64,000 nucleotides of DNA. It comes from Minisyncoccota bacterium. GTDB taxonomy: Bacteria; Patescibacteriota; Minisyncoccia; Phycocordibacterales; JABAAK01. The stretch spans positions 377,548 to 441,547 of the forward strand of contig OZ241963.1 in assembly GCA_965204115.1 (NCBI GenBank). Direction: 5' to 3'. Numbering within the stretch: the first letter of the stretch is position 1; each line of letters opens with the position of its first letter. Position numbers and translations under genes: made by a program. The notes beneath the pieces were generated by a model, which saw only the letters and a list, made by a program, of their open reading frames with translations, was not told the DNA's origin and did no database searches. Shown here piece by piece: positions 31,401-37,693 of this stretch.

Positions 31401-31907
31401 AATGAAATAGTCAGTTGTGGTGCGTACCGGAGGTCTGGAATCTATTCGCAGTGTTCCGTGGAGCGGTATGTTCACGATGCCCCATGTGTCAAAAAACGAC
31501 ACGCATGCCTTGTTTGTTACTGTAAATAAACCGTGCTTAATGGGAAACTGTATGTTCCTTGTCTGTTCTCGATTACCCGGCACACTCAGCTGTACGCTAT
31601 TTGAAATTTCAGTCGCGTGGCCGTTGCAATTTGGATGTGAAAAATTGAGAAGACGCATCTCGGGGCGCACGGTCGCGGAGCTGAATGTCCGGTAGGTGAA
31701 GGTTACCCATGCGGCGATAGTATCGTTGTTACCCAGCCACCTGTTAATATTTGAAGTGTACGAAGCCCTGTTCGCCGCAAAAACATTCGGCATAAACACC
31801 GTTAAACCGATGAACGGCACAAAACATATGAGTAAAATATAAAGGGCTACTCGATACCTGCGAACGAAAAAAGACCTGTCCATAGGTGATGGGACTAAAA
31901 TTGACAA
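19455..31907 (-). CDS. Giant (4150 aa) membrane-anchored surface protein with ~35-40 tandem ~95-aa Ig-like repeats
   Basis: Single 12.45-kb ORF with N-terminal TM helix. Repeat unit ..GIDRTGPTI(T/S)..G.A.EKTVSA.I.D....RY.IS...CD..LIGSD..G..YTSG..I.LDDEAYNGQYVCFRARDAVGNVSFARSAQIT. Many repeats are near-identical at the DNA level. Confidence 0.85.
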   Translation of the reverse strand: MSILVPSPMDRSFFVRRYRVALYILLICFVPFIGLTVFMPNVFAANRASYTSNINRWLGNNDTIAAWVTFTYRTFSSATVRPEMRLLNFSHPNCNGHATEISNSVQLSVPGNREQTRNIQFPIKHGLFTVTNKACVSFFDTWGIVNIPLHGTLRIDSRPPVRTTTDYFINEVKKNLNVHSKVNAGTRIAIMLLYANEGRESGLSPGNAGVARIRFGNGRWRNMSNGTVFDSNSRVRYSYTIAPGDDGVLKFSLTGPSDNAGNTANNETWTLNSIEADEPDNTTPIITFPGTPEVEKNYTINITDSQSGIYRYGALKISGSEDSTACDTYNEVSSGKVVEPGGLPKEVSYSYTVPNALSDKICVYAEDYSGNIRSAVSPAIAPQNTPPILTIINDIPNTWARSHGFTVRLSDVNPNDTLYLSYQQVETSAECLDNSTYNGTTPPTSFVVVPSPERGEEYTATFNTENHSGKYACFAASDGKSTTVQVSTNAMKIDTTSPALSISDPASGAAQSKSITPTVTDTNTDATGNRYVISSATCDEALIGSDGVGSAWTSGEAVVLKNEGYNGTYLCFRARDKAGNISFARSARINGIDRTGPSITTVGPGGGAARQKTMHATIDATAVTGSIRFTVSSEDCDESVIGSDTAGVNYTSGSVITLNREDENGSYICFRARDTLGNVSFARSAQIADIDRTNPVIGNIAVTTSGNVYGTNKYAKAGDDIVATTTVSDEHLTTLPVMRVFSESAAGGTGMTVRKTGEQGYIATYTVQSGDESKTPKKIHLEARDDAGNAGGHRVDIGVVIDTTRPVASATDYYINGTSDAAKKRFDGVVKYLPAGSTIIIERRYNNEVSASGFSSHSAGLWKVKFGDEAYRDAEAGTVEGAAAGHVRYPYTIQPGDNGVLRWSVTDLKDNAGNAAPDESQEIKIIEAETTPPTLSSVHATTNNEITTAAQAGDQITIQATVADQLSFSDNAVSRIAIHLDGETVTGTPIILSQDGANNAKIFQWVHTVVAGENGDLSFTIKAIADAVGNTIPDTTYAGGTDGYGKTIIVDTTVPTITVTEASSGTAQEKTVSAKIIDANPKSARYLISKSSICNESTLAASANSEPYTSGRAIVLDDEAQNGSYVCFRTIDVAGNVSFARSTQVTGIDTTAPTISITEARSGVQREKGISAIVSADADTSGTRYTISADDCDADLIGNDDDGKAYTSGNNVALDSEHYNEKYVCFRARDSAGNIVFARSSMITGIDRISPAIGNIHITTTGITANGVKYAKAGDIITGTVLIADSNLIALPEARIFSETTTGGTAMTVNRIDNGNYTLTHTVRPDDEDSAVQKIFVRAQDDADNVSTGTGTLGVVIDTAAPTVSVTAIPAGGSREKTVSATLSDVGSGILTSGTRYSISDKTCDKDLIASDTSGNSYTSGAEITLNDEAYNEQYVCFRARDKAGNVVFARSAKISGIDRTGPTISIIHPDGVTNTKTISVTISADAIAAGTRRAIIANGSCDEEVIGSDTEGDRYVSGSGIAFNSETYNGKYLCVRTRDAVGNISFARSKVITGIDRTNPVISTVSVTTDSAYESTYYAGAGDTITATLSVSDTNFSGLPTVKIFSENSTLGEAMQVTDNNDGTYTATYTVRADDEDRSTQLLHMEARDAAGNLSGRGVDIGVIIDTVDPVISVGSLATGAAQEKTLKAGITDKNIVIAGARYVISESACDENLISDNSSGNAYISGTDIDLNSEQHNGKYVCFRARDIIGNISFARSSVITGIDRSAPTISVTEPAEGAAREKTVAATITDANPVSVGNRYAISSEDCDADLIGSDTEGTAYTSGEEVTLNNELQNGQYVCFRARDEAGNVRFARSSVIDNIDRTEPTFGGVTITSSGSDADGTTYAGTGDTITVNAVIVDEHLGTDPVMRIFSSGKTSGESVTVNKGADGTYTGTYTIAVGDENRSPQRIYLQALDDAGNTDAWTSDITVTIDTGGPNITITEAATGAARTKTVSAKITDSSATETKYRIADEDCDTELFIGFNAQTYQSGESITLNDEVYNGQHICFRASDSAGNISFARSAQTTGIDRTGPTITTLGLTAGVSPLKVVSASITGIAIAIGSRYAITTEDCDSDLIGSDTDGTSYTAGNTINLDKEEYNGQHVCFRARDAVGNVSFTRSAQIDGIDRIKPSISITEPTSGAAQLKSISAEIEDTHLIAAASRYDITTEDCDADIIGSDTEGTAYTSGESITLDDEAYNGQYVCFRARDTVNNIVFARSARITGIDRTGPTVSVTNPAGETAREKSVSAAIAEDAATAGSRYAISSEDCDADLIGSDTEGAAYTSGEEVTLNNELQNGQYVCFRARDAVGNVSFTRSAQITGIDRTAPTVRVVDPAFGDAREKLVSAVITGDAVAESTRYLITSSACDAALISSNTDGELYASGTNIALNDEAYNGQYVCFRVSDAAGNVSFARSAQIADIDRTGPTITLNDPSTGAAQEKFVSAIVTDGAITTDTRYIISDASCDESLIGNSATGRPYISGATIILNDEAYNRQYVCFRARDAVGNVSFARSEQITGIDRTGPTVTVTDPVVGAAREKTVSAAIAEDAAITGSRYTIAGSVCNATLISGDIAGEAYTSGKSITLDDEAYNGQYVCFRARDAVGNVSFTRSAQITGIDRTAPTVRVVDPAFGDAREKLVSAVITGDAVAESTRYLITSSACDATLISSDADGELYASDTDITLDDESYNGQHVCFRARDAAGNVSFVRSARITDIDRTGPTITLNDPSTGAAQEKFVSAIVTDGAITTDTRYIISDASCDESLIGNSATGRPYTSGATIALNDETYNGQYACFRASDLVGNVSFARSEQITGIDRTPPVITTLGPSAGLARLKVASASATGLPVDTGTQYILSDGNCDSRLISSDSDGVNYTAGENIVLDEEAHNGHYVCFRARDEVGNIAFARSEQISGIDRTAPVITITEPITGEAQTKTVSATITGNVAAAGSRYRIANGACDTDLIGSDSDGEPYVPGADITLDNETYNGQYVCFRSADTVGNVSFARSEQITGIDRVGPTITLNNPASGTSQEKTVSAVITDRSATVGSQYAISTGACDASLIGSSADGQPYTSGTDIALDDESYNGQYICFRAADTVGNVSFARSEQITDIDRTPPVITPVGPEPGTLQVKVAAVSITGLAADAGNRYVITGGVCDETVIASDTDGEAYTPSGGIVLDDEAYNRQYVCFRARDAIGNVSFARSAQITGIDRSGPVITPFGPESGAARLKVANARVTGFAEAVGNRYVITDEVCDETVIASDADGEAYTSGGSIILDDREQNGRYICYRARDAIGNVSFARSQQINGIDTSGPSINVAALSGGTARIKNISAEITDLSLVATGTRYIISGEPCDEALIASDIDGELYIPGTNVALNSESYNGQHVCFRTRDAIGNIVFARSAQITGIDRTPPVITPFGPEPGTARLKVVSASVTGLAVDAGDRYVITDGACDETVIASDADGDLYVSGRNIVLDNEAYNGRYICYRARDEAGNVSFVRSLQIDGIDTTAPTIAVADLTTEPALVKSVSASITGDADVAKSRYIISGDACDSDLIRTDTDGELYTSGESIVLDDEAYNGQHVCFRAADTVGNISFTRSDQIIGIDQSGPVITPFGPEPGTARLKVVSASVTGLAVDAGDRYVITDGACDETVIASDADGDLYVSGRNIVLDNEAYNGRYICYRARDEIGNVSFARSAQITGIDRTGPVITPFGPTSDPARLKVVSASVTGLAVDAGDRYVITSDVCDETLIDSDTDGDLYTSGGSIVLDDEAYNGQYVCFRARDAVGNVSFARSARIIDIDTTPPFVGEIITNTSGTVNNTGKYAKAGDTINIVFSESDLNFNNALPTVRIFTGTDAIGTALSVTGVPGSYNASYIVQPDDENKPQQVSITVSDIPGNVTTSTQQLDIIIDTTAPAPPSAITLATEYDSGLSNSDGITNRFTDLTFLISAEPNTVAVLSDSGGASGVIGSDGTPATITRTLPEESRLIALTATATDIAGNTSQESEQFTVAIDVNSPRMQLSRIEDRNITGSEDIVIFGAPSDPPAAVDSVDTVAVKAMTKTECDALTVFPTDGDEYTPFTFYELPTTALNGVCFIVRDRAGNIGATHSNDAE

Positions 31908-32018
31908 TGACTATACTAAACTCTCTTCACGATACTTTCAGTATACCCCGCCTTTAAGCCAACATACCCCGTGCATAGCACGGGGTGTGTTTATCAGGAT
32001 AGGTGATTCAACAGGTGA

Positions 32019-33179
32019 TTAGTCACGGATGGTGACTACTTGCCCGTTTTCAATTCGCTTTTTGACATGGGAGACGCCGGTTATGTCGCCGTTTTCGTCA
32101 AATTCGTGTTTTCCGGTGACACCGTCATATCCTTCCAGGTCGTCCAAGTACTTTCTGATCGCGTCGGTGTCTTCCGAGCCGACTGCCGCAACAGCTTCGG
32201 CAAGGATGTAGACATTGTCATATGCGGCACCGGTGTAGTACTCAATGCTCAGGTGACCGTATCGTCTTTCGTATTCCTCCAGGAATTCCACCGCTTTCGG
32301 GTCACTGTGATCCAGCTCAGGGTTGTCAAAGAAAGTGAGTCCCTCTATCGCATCACCGGCGGTTTGGATCACTTCCGCGCTTGAGAGCACATTGGTCCCG
32401 TACAGCGGAACAGTGATGCCTGCTTCTTTGATCTGCTTGATGATCGTGGCACCGGCGTCTCCTTGTGGGTTGATAAAGATCGCTTCGGGATTCGTCGACT
32501 TTATTCTCGCGATAATGTCACTGAAGTCAGTCGTGCCGGGAGCGAATCGCTCACTGTCAAGGATGGTTCCGCCGGCCTTCACGAAGTGTCCCTCAAGCAC
32601 CCGCTCCAAGGCGAGCGCATATTCGGTCTCTTCGGCAATCGTCGCGATCTTCTTATACCTTTTCAGAATTACATCAGCCAGAAAGAACCCGCCGGCCGCG
32701 TCAGACGGACTACTACGGAAGAAGTATCTCCCTGCACCGGTCAGGTTTGGGCTGGATGCTGAAGGTGAGAAGACAATTACTTTCTCTCCCTCGGTAACCG
32801 CGAGCATCGCCTGCGTTTCACTGCTGCAAACGCCGCCGATGATCATTTTCACTTTGTCAACATTCACCAGCTTGTATGCTACCTCCACGGCATCTTTAGC
32901 GGTACATTTACCGTCTTCATAGACCACCCGTAGCTCCCGACCGTTTATTCCGCCGGCGGCATTAATGTTATCTACTGCCATCTCGACACCATTGCGAATC
33001 GGGTTTCCGTATGATGCCGCACTTCCGGTCAATGCGCCGATGAACCCGATGGTAACCGGACTCGTGTCCTGAGGAGCGCGCGACCCCGAAGTTAATTCTG
33101 ATTGTGATATATATTGATACCCGAACCATAGTGCTATAACTGCAGCGATACCAATTACCACTTTTGTTGTTGTATTCAT
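32019..33179 (-). CDS. LivK-like (Peripla_BP_6) solute-binding protein, N-terminal TM anchor
   Basis: 386 aa; matches branched-chain amino acid SBP-family motifs; paralog of 33311..34507 and 61611..62743. Confidence 0.8.
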   Translation of the reverse strand: MNTTTKVVIGIAAVIALWFGYQYISQSELTSGSRAPQDTSPVTIGFIGALTGSAASYGNPIRNGVEMAVDNINAAGGINGRELRVVYEDGKCTAKDAVEVAYKLVNVDKVKMIIGGVCSSETQAMLAVTEGEKVIVFSPSASSPNLTGAGRYFFRSSPSDAAGGFFLADVILKRYKKIATIAEETEYALALERVLEGHFVKAGGTILDSERFAPGTTDFSDIIARIKSTNPEAIFINPQGDAGATIIKQIKEAGITVPLYGTNVLSSAEVIQTAGDAIEGLTFFDNPELDHSDPKAVEFLEEYERRYGHLSIEYYTGAAYDNVYILAEAVAAVGSEDTDAIRKYLDDLEGYDGVTGKHEFDENGDITGVSHVKKRIENGQVVTIRD

Positions 33180-33310
33180 GTTTTTTCTGTTTTTTGATAA
33201 TTATATATACGAACATTTTCGGCGTATACATCTTTATGATAGCACTCAAGTATACCTTAAAACAGCATTTTCAACATAGCCATGCGGATGGGTAAAACGC
33301 TCCTTAGTGC

Positions 33311-34507
33311 TTACCGAATAGTTAGCACCTCGCCGCCTTCAATCTTTTTCTCCACATGCACAATGCCGGTTATGTCGCCATTTTCATCAAATGCATGCCT
33401 ACCGATTACCCCGTCAAAGTCCTTCATAGTGCGCAGGTAGTTTCTGATTGCATCGGTATTCTCTGAGCCGACCCGCTTAATGGCTTCAGTGAGGATGTGT
33501 ACAGCGTCATAGGCGGCACCAGTGTAAAATTCTACACCCGGATCGTCGTAGGTATCTTTGTACCGCTCCAAAAACGATACCGCCTTCGGGCTGTTTAGGG
33601 TTATGTCAGGGTTGTCAAAGAAGGTGAGTCCTTCTATTGCCTCACCGGCGGCTTGGATCACTTCCGCGCTTGAGAGCACATTCGTCCCGTACAGCGGAGC
33701 GGTGACGCCCGCTTCCCTGATCTGCCGTACAATAATTCCGCCGGCATCTCCCTGCGGATTAACAACAACCGCTTCGGGCGAGAGTGCTTGCATTTTCGCG
33801 ATTTTATCCGTGAAATCTTTTGTGCCGGGAGCGAATCGCTTGCTTATAAGGATTGTGCCGCCATTCTTGGCGAAAGTGTCCTCAAACACCTGTTCCAGTG
33901 CGAGCGTGTATTCGGTCTCCTCAGCAATTGTCGCTATCGTTGTGTATTTTTCCAGAATCAAATCTGCCAGAAACGAACCGCCTTTGGCATCAGACGGACT
34001 GCTGCGGAAGAAGTAGTCCCCCGCGCCGGTCAGGTTGGGGCTTGATGCCGACGGTGATAGGACAATCACCTTTTTTTCCTCAGTAACCGCGAGCATCGCC
34101 TGCGTTTCACTGCTGCAAACGCCGCCGATGATGATACGTACCCCGGCTGCATTCACCAGATTATCCGCCGCATGTACGCCGCCGTTGGCAGTACACTTAC
34201 TGTTTTCATAGAGTACCTTCAAAGACCTGCCGTTCACGCCGCCGGCAGCGTTAATATCATTGACCGCCATCTCAACAGCATTGCGAATCGGCACTCCCCA
34301 GATTGCCGCGTCTCCGGTCAGCGCGCCGGCAAATCCGATGGTGATTGGCAGAGCAGTGTCTGTGGCACCGGCAGGGTCAGCAGCATTTTTCGAATGCACG
34401 CGTTCGTTTGTGTCTCTGGTATTGTTTTGTGGTAGGTATTGGTAACCAGACCATAGTAACGCTGCAATTGCAGCAATACCAATTATCACCTTTACTACTG
34501 TGTTCAT
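33311..34507 (-). CDS. LivK-like (Peripla_BP_6) solute-binding protein, N-terminal TM anchor (tandem paralog)
   Basis: 398 aa, high similarity to the neighbouring SBP over its whole length. Confidence 0.8.
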   Translation of the reverse strand: MNTVVKVIIGIAAIAALLWSGYQYLPQNNTRDTNERVHSKNAADPAGATDTALPITIGFAGALTGDAAIWGVPIRNAVEMAVNDINAAGGVNGRSLKVLYENSKCTANGGVHAADNLVNAAGVRIIIGGVCSSETQAMLAVTEEKKVIVLSPSASSPNLTGAGDYFFRSSPSDAKGGSFLADLILEKYTTIATIAEETEYTLALEQVFEDTFAKNGGTILISKRFAPGTKDFTDKIAKMQALSPEAVVVNPQGDAGGIIVRQIREAGVTAPLYGTNVLSSAEVIQAAGEAIEGLTFFDNPDITLNSPKAVSFLERYKDTYDDPGVEFYTGAAYDAVHILTEAIKRVGSENTDAIRNYLRTMKDFDGVIGRHAFDENGDITGIVHVEKKIEGGEVLTIR

Positions 34508-34679
34508 AGGTCTTGTGGTATATGTGAGCGATTTTTAATACTCTATATATTGAGTATAGTAGCATGTGTCTTTCTGCGTACGGTAAGCAAATGGTGGGCT
34601 GTGGTGGATAATTCGTTGTCGGAGTACCCTATGTCTGACGCTCCGCTCTTAATTTTCCTCATTCCTCTTATGGGTCAGG

Positions 34680-36248
34680 ATGTTGAGTGGCGCCTATATA
34701 GAACAGATGGTACACTTACCATATATTTGTATGGTTACTTTTATCAATGGTGTGCAGCGGTGGCTGGATGGGATTGCGATGTATCGGGTGGTTACGCTCG
34801 GGCTTTGCTTTTTGGTTGGGGTGAGCTTGGCGCTGGGTGGTGCGGGGCTGCTGCCGTACAGTTTTTTGGAGCAAGGGGTTTCACTGGTGGTTGTGGTTAG
34901 TGTCGCAGTTGCCGGAAATGTGGTGTTCGCGCGTTTGTTTCGGATGTCTGCTAATCACGAGTCAGCGGTTATTACTGCGTTGATTATTTTCTTTCTCGTC
35001 ATTCCTGCCACCTCATTTTCCGGACAGTGGGTTGTTGCCGTCATCGCCCTTCTTGCGGTCGCTTCAAAATTTCTTCTCGCGGTGAGGCGGCAGCACATTG
35101 TTAACCCTGCCGCGTTTGGCGTGCTTGCACTGAGTGCGCCGAACATTGTTGAGGCGGCGTGGTGGGTCGGAAGTTCGTGGTTGTTTGTGCCGCTTGTTGT
35201 CGTAGGGTGTCTTGTGGTTATGAAGATACGGCGGTGGCCGCTTGTGGTGTGGTGTGTGGGTACCGCGTTTGTTGTGTATGTATTTGAGGCGTGGCGGCTC
35301 GGCACTGATGTTTTTGCCTCTGTGCCGGTCTTTTTTCTGTCGTGGCCGATACTGTTCCTTGCGTTTTTTATGCTTACTGAGCCATTCACCATGCCGCCGA
35401 CAAAAAAACTGCAGGCATATTACGGCGCGCTGGTCGGCGGGCTTTCCAGTGCCGCTTTTTTCGCGCCGTATGTCGCGATGTCCCCGGAGCTCGCACTGAT
35501 TATCGGCAATCTTGCTTTTTATTATTTCTCTTTGCGCAGGAAGTTACACCTGACGCTCACTGAAACAAAAGAGGTCGCGAAAAATACCCGGGAATTTGTT
35601 TTCACCAAGCCGGAAGGGGTGCAGTTTCACGCCGGGCAATATCTTGAGTGGATGCTGCCGCACAACAAGCCGGACAATCGCGGGACACGGCGGTATTTTA
35701 CCATCGCCTCCGCGCCGCATGAGGGAGTGCTGCGTATTGTGGTGCGGTTTTCTGAGGGCGGGAGTACATACAAGCAGGCGTTGCAAAAACTGCAGCCCGG
35801 TGATCGTATTGTTGCCAGTCAGCGGGCAGGAGATTTCTTGCTGCCGGATGATCTTGCGACAAAGCTTGCCTTTATTGCCGGCGGGATTGGTGTTACCCCG
35901 TTTTTGAGCCACCTTGGATATATTACTCAGCAGGGTATCCCGCGGGACATTGTTTTGTTCTACTGCAACAACACGAGTGCAGAAGTTGCCTATCGGGAAA
36001 CATTTGACGCGCTTGCCGCTTCCGGACAGTGCAGAGTGGTGCACTCGTTGGAGCGAGAGAAAAAGGCGGGCTGCGAACATGGACGCCTTACTGAGAATGT
36101 TATCAAAAAACATACTCCTGATTATCGAGAGCGGGTTTGGTATCTTTCCGGTCCGCCCGGCATGGTGTATGCCTATACCGCACTCCTGAGTGGCGCAGGT
36201 GTGCCGAAGCGGAATATTATTCGTGACTTCTTTCCCGGATTGGCGTAG
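34680..36248 (+). CDS. Membrane-embedded oxidoreductase: N-terminal polytopic domain fused to ferredoxin-NADP-reductase-like FAD/NAD(P)-binding domain
   Basis: ~300 aa with 8-10 TM helices, then RRYFTIAS (RxY[ST] FAD motif) and GGIGVTP (NAD(P) motif). Start uncertain (possibly MYRVV at ~34779). Confidence 0.7.
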   Translation: MLSGAYIEQMVHLPYICMVTFINGVQRWLDGIAMYRVVTLGLCFLVGVSLALGGAGLLPYSFLEQGVSLVVVVSVAVAGNVVFARLFRMSANHESAVITALIIFFLVIPATSFSGQWVVAVIALLAVASKFLLAVRRQHIVNPAAFGVLALSAPNIVEAAWWVGSSWLFVPLVVVGCLVVMKIRRWPLVVWCVGTAFVVYVFEAWRLGTDVFASVPVFFLSWPILFLAFFMLTEPFTMPPTKKLQAYYGALVGGLSSAAFFAPYVAMSPELALIIGNLAFYYFSLRRKLHLTLTETKEVAKNTREFVFTKPEGVQFHAGQYLEWMLPHNKPDNRGTRRYFTIASAPHEGVLRIVVRFSEGGSTYKQALQKLQPGDRIVASQRAGDFLLPDDLATKLAFIAGGIGVTPFLSHLGYITQQGIPRDIVLFYCNNTSAEVAYRETFDALAASGQCRVVHSLEREKKAGCEHGRLTENVIKKHTPDYRERVWYLSGPPGMVYAYTALLSGAGVPKRNIIRDFFPGLA

Positions 36249-36282
36249 GTTTTGCTGCTCTCTTGTGCTATAGTAACGGTAT

Positions 36283-36783
36283 ATGCTTCTCGTTTTCGTT
36301 ATTATTATCGGTGTAGTTGTGATTGCAGGTTTAGCATTTTTCCTTTTGCCGAACAGACAGCCACCGGAACCGCCTGCAACATCCGCAACAGCGACCGTTA
36401 CCGAAACTGACTTCCCTGCCGTTCCGCCGGCGGAGCGCCGTGAGAATGTAGTGCCGCTTGAACCTGCTGTGCCGACGCAAACGAATGTTTATCGTGATGG
36501 CACCTACACCGCCAACGCGGAATACTACACGCCAAAGCGGCGAAAGCATGTCATCTCTGTTACGCTTTCATTGCAGGATGATGTGATTGCCGGTGCTGAT
36601 GTGCAGTATGACGGCGCAGAAGCGAAGACGCCGAGTCACATACGGTTTGACGGCGCTTATGAGACGCTTGTCCTCGGTGTGGAAATGGATGATCTTGACC
36701 TATCACGAGTCGGCGGCGCTTCCCTTACCACTACCGCTTTTAATGAGGCATTGGGAGACATTACTTCAGATGCGTCTCTATGA
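36283..36783 (+). CDS. FMN_bind-domain protein (NqrC/RnfG-like), membrane-anchored, candidate flavinylation substrate
   Basis: N-terminal TM helix, YRDGTYTA start of the FMN_bind domain, C-terminal DLSRVGGASLTTTA resembling the D..[ST]GA[ST] flavinylation motif; overlaps apbE by 4 bp (ATGA). Confidence 0.55.
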   Translation: MLLVFVIIIGVVVIAGLAFFLLPNRQPPEPPATSATATVTETDFPAVPPAERRENVVPLEPAVPTQTNVYRDGTYTANAEYYTPKRRKHVISVTLSLQDDVIAGADVQYDGAEAKTPSHIRFDGAYETLVLGVEMDDLDLSRVGGASLTTTAFNEALGDITSDASL

Positions 36784-37664
36784 CGATACAGCTTAAAGAG
36801 ATTCCCGCACTCGGCACCCATTGGTGGTTTGACTTGTTTGGCGTGCCGCTGTCACGAGAAAAAGAAATTGCTGACCGGCTTATCAGCCGCCTGAATACTT
36901 TTGAGCAACAGTACTCCCGTTTTTTACATACTTCTTATATTGGTGTCCTGAATAAAACAGGTACGCTTAACAACCCGTCTGCTGAGCTTGTCTCTCTGCT
37001 GCAGTTCGGGCAAAAACTGTACCGAGACACCGGCGGGATGTTTAATTTTCTTTCCGCTCACACACAGGTCTCCCGTGGCTATGGTTCTCTGGACAGCGTG
37101 CGTGCAGGTGAAAGTGCGGCGATTGCTGACCCTACGGTCGACCTCGTTGTTGACCGGCAGTACATCACGCTGCATCGCGGCGCTGTTGATCTCGGCGGTT
37201 TCGGGAAGGGGTGGCTCATTGATGACTTGGCTGCTCTGCTGCGGACATCTCTCGGTGTGCGGCACTTTCTTATAAACGGTGGGGGTGATATATACGCGAG
37301 TACGCTCCCTGATGATTCACCGGTTCCTATTTTTGTTGAGCATCCGACCGAGCAAAAACAAATTATTGCGAAAGTGCCGCTTACTAACCAAGGGTTTGCC
37401 GGCTCCGGCACGTACAAGCGCCGCTGGCAGCGCGCCGGTACACCGCAGCACCATATCATAGCCGAACACACCGCTGACATAACAGCTCACACTGTTGCTG
37501 ATACTGCACTTACCGCTGATGTCTTCGCCACGCTCGCCTGCGCAGTTGCGCCTTCAGATGCCCCTCATTTGCTGCGTGATAATAACCTTGACTACCTCCT
37601 CATACAGCGCAATGCGGTTTCCTGTTCGGAATATTTCAAACAGTGCCTGCTCTCCCCCGCATAA
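36780..37664 (+). CDS. apbE: FAD:protein FMN transferase ApbE
   Basis: 294-aa ORF matching the ApbE family; translationally coupled to the FMN_bind gene upstream. Confidence 0.7.
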   Translation: MTIQLKEIPALGTHWWFDLFGVPLSREKEIADRLISRLNTFEQQYSRFLHTSYIGVLNKTGTLNNPSAELVSLLQFGQKLYRDTGGMFNFLSAHTQVSRGYGSLDSVRAGESAAIADPTVDLVVDRQYITLHRGAVDLGGFGKGWLIDDLAALLRTSLGVRHFLINGGGDIYASTLPDDSPVPIFVEHPTEQKQIIAKVPLTNQGFAGSGTYKRRWQRAGTPQHHIIAEHTADITAHTVADTALTADVFATLACAVAPSDAPHLLRDNNLDYLLIQRNAVSCSEYFKQCLLSPA

Positions 37665-37693
37665 CGCCGCACGCTTCACTATGTGGTCGCCCG

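Noticed and set aside
19555-31695. Dozens of plus-strand ORFs of 60-286 aa inside the giant gene (e.g. 21882..22634, 24664..25524, 26251..27021)
   Set aside because: They are antisense to a continuous 12.4-kb minus-strand ORF. Their recurring, near-identical translations reflect the DNA tandem repeats, not real genes.
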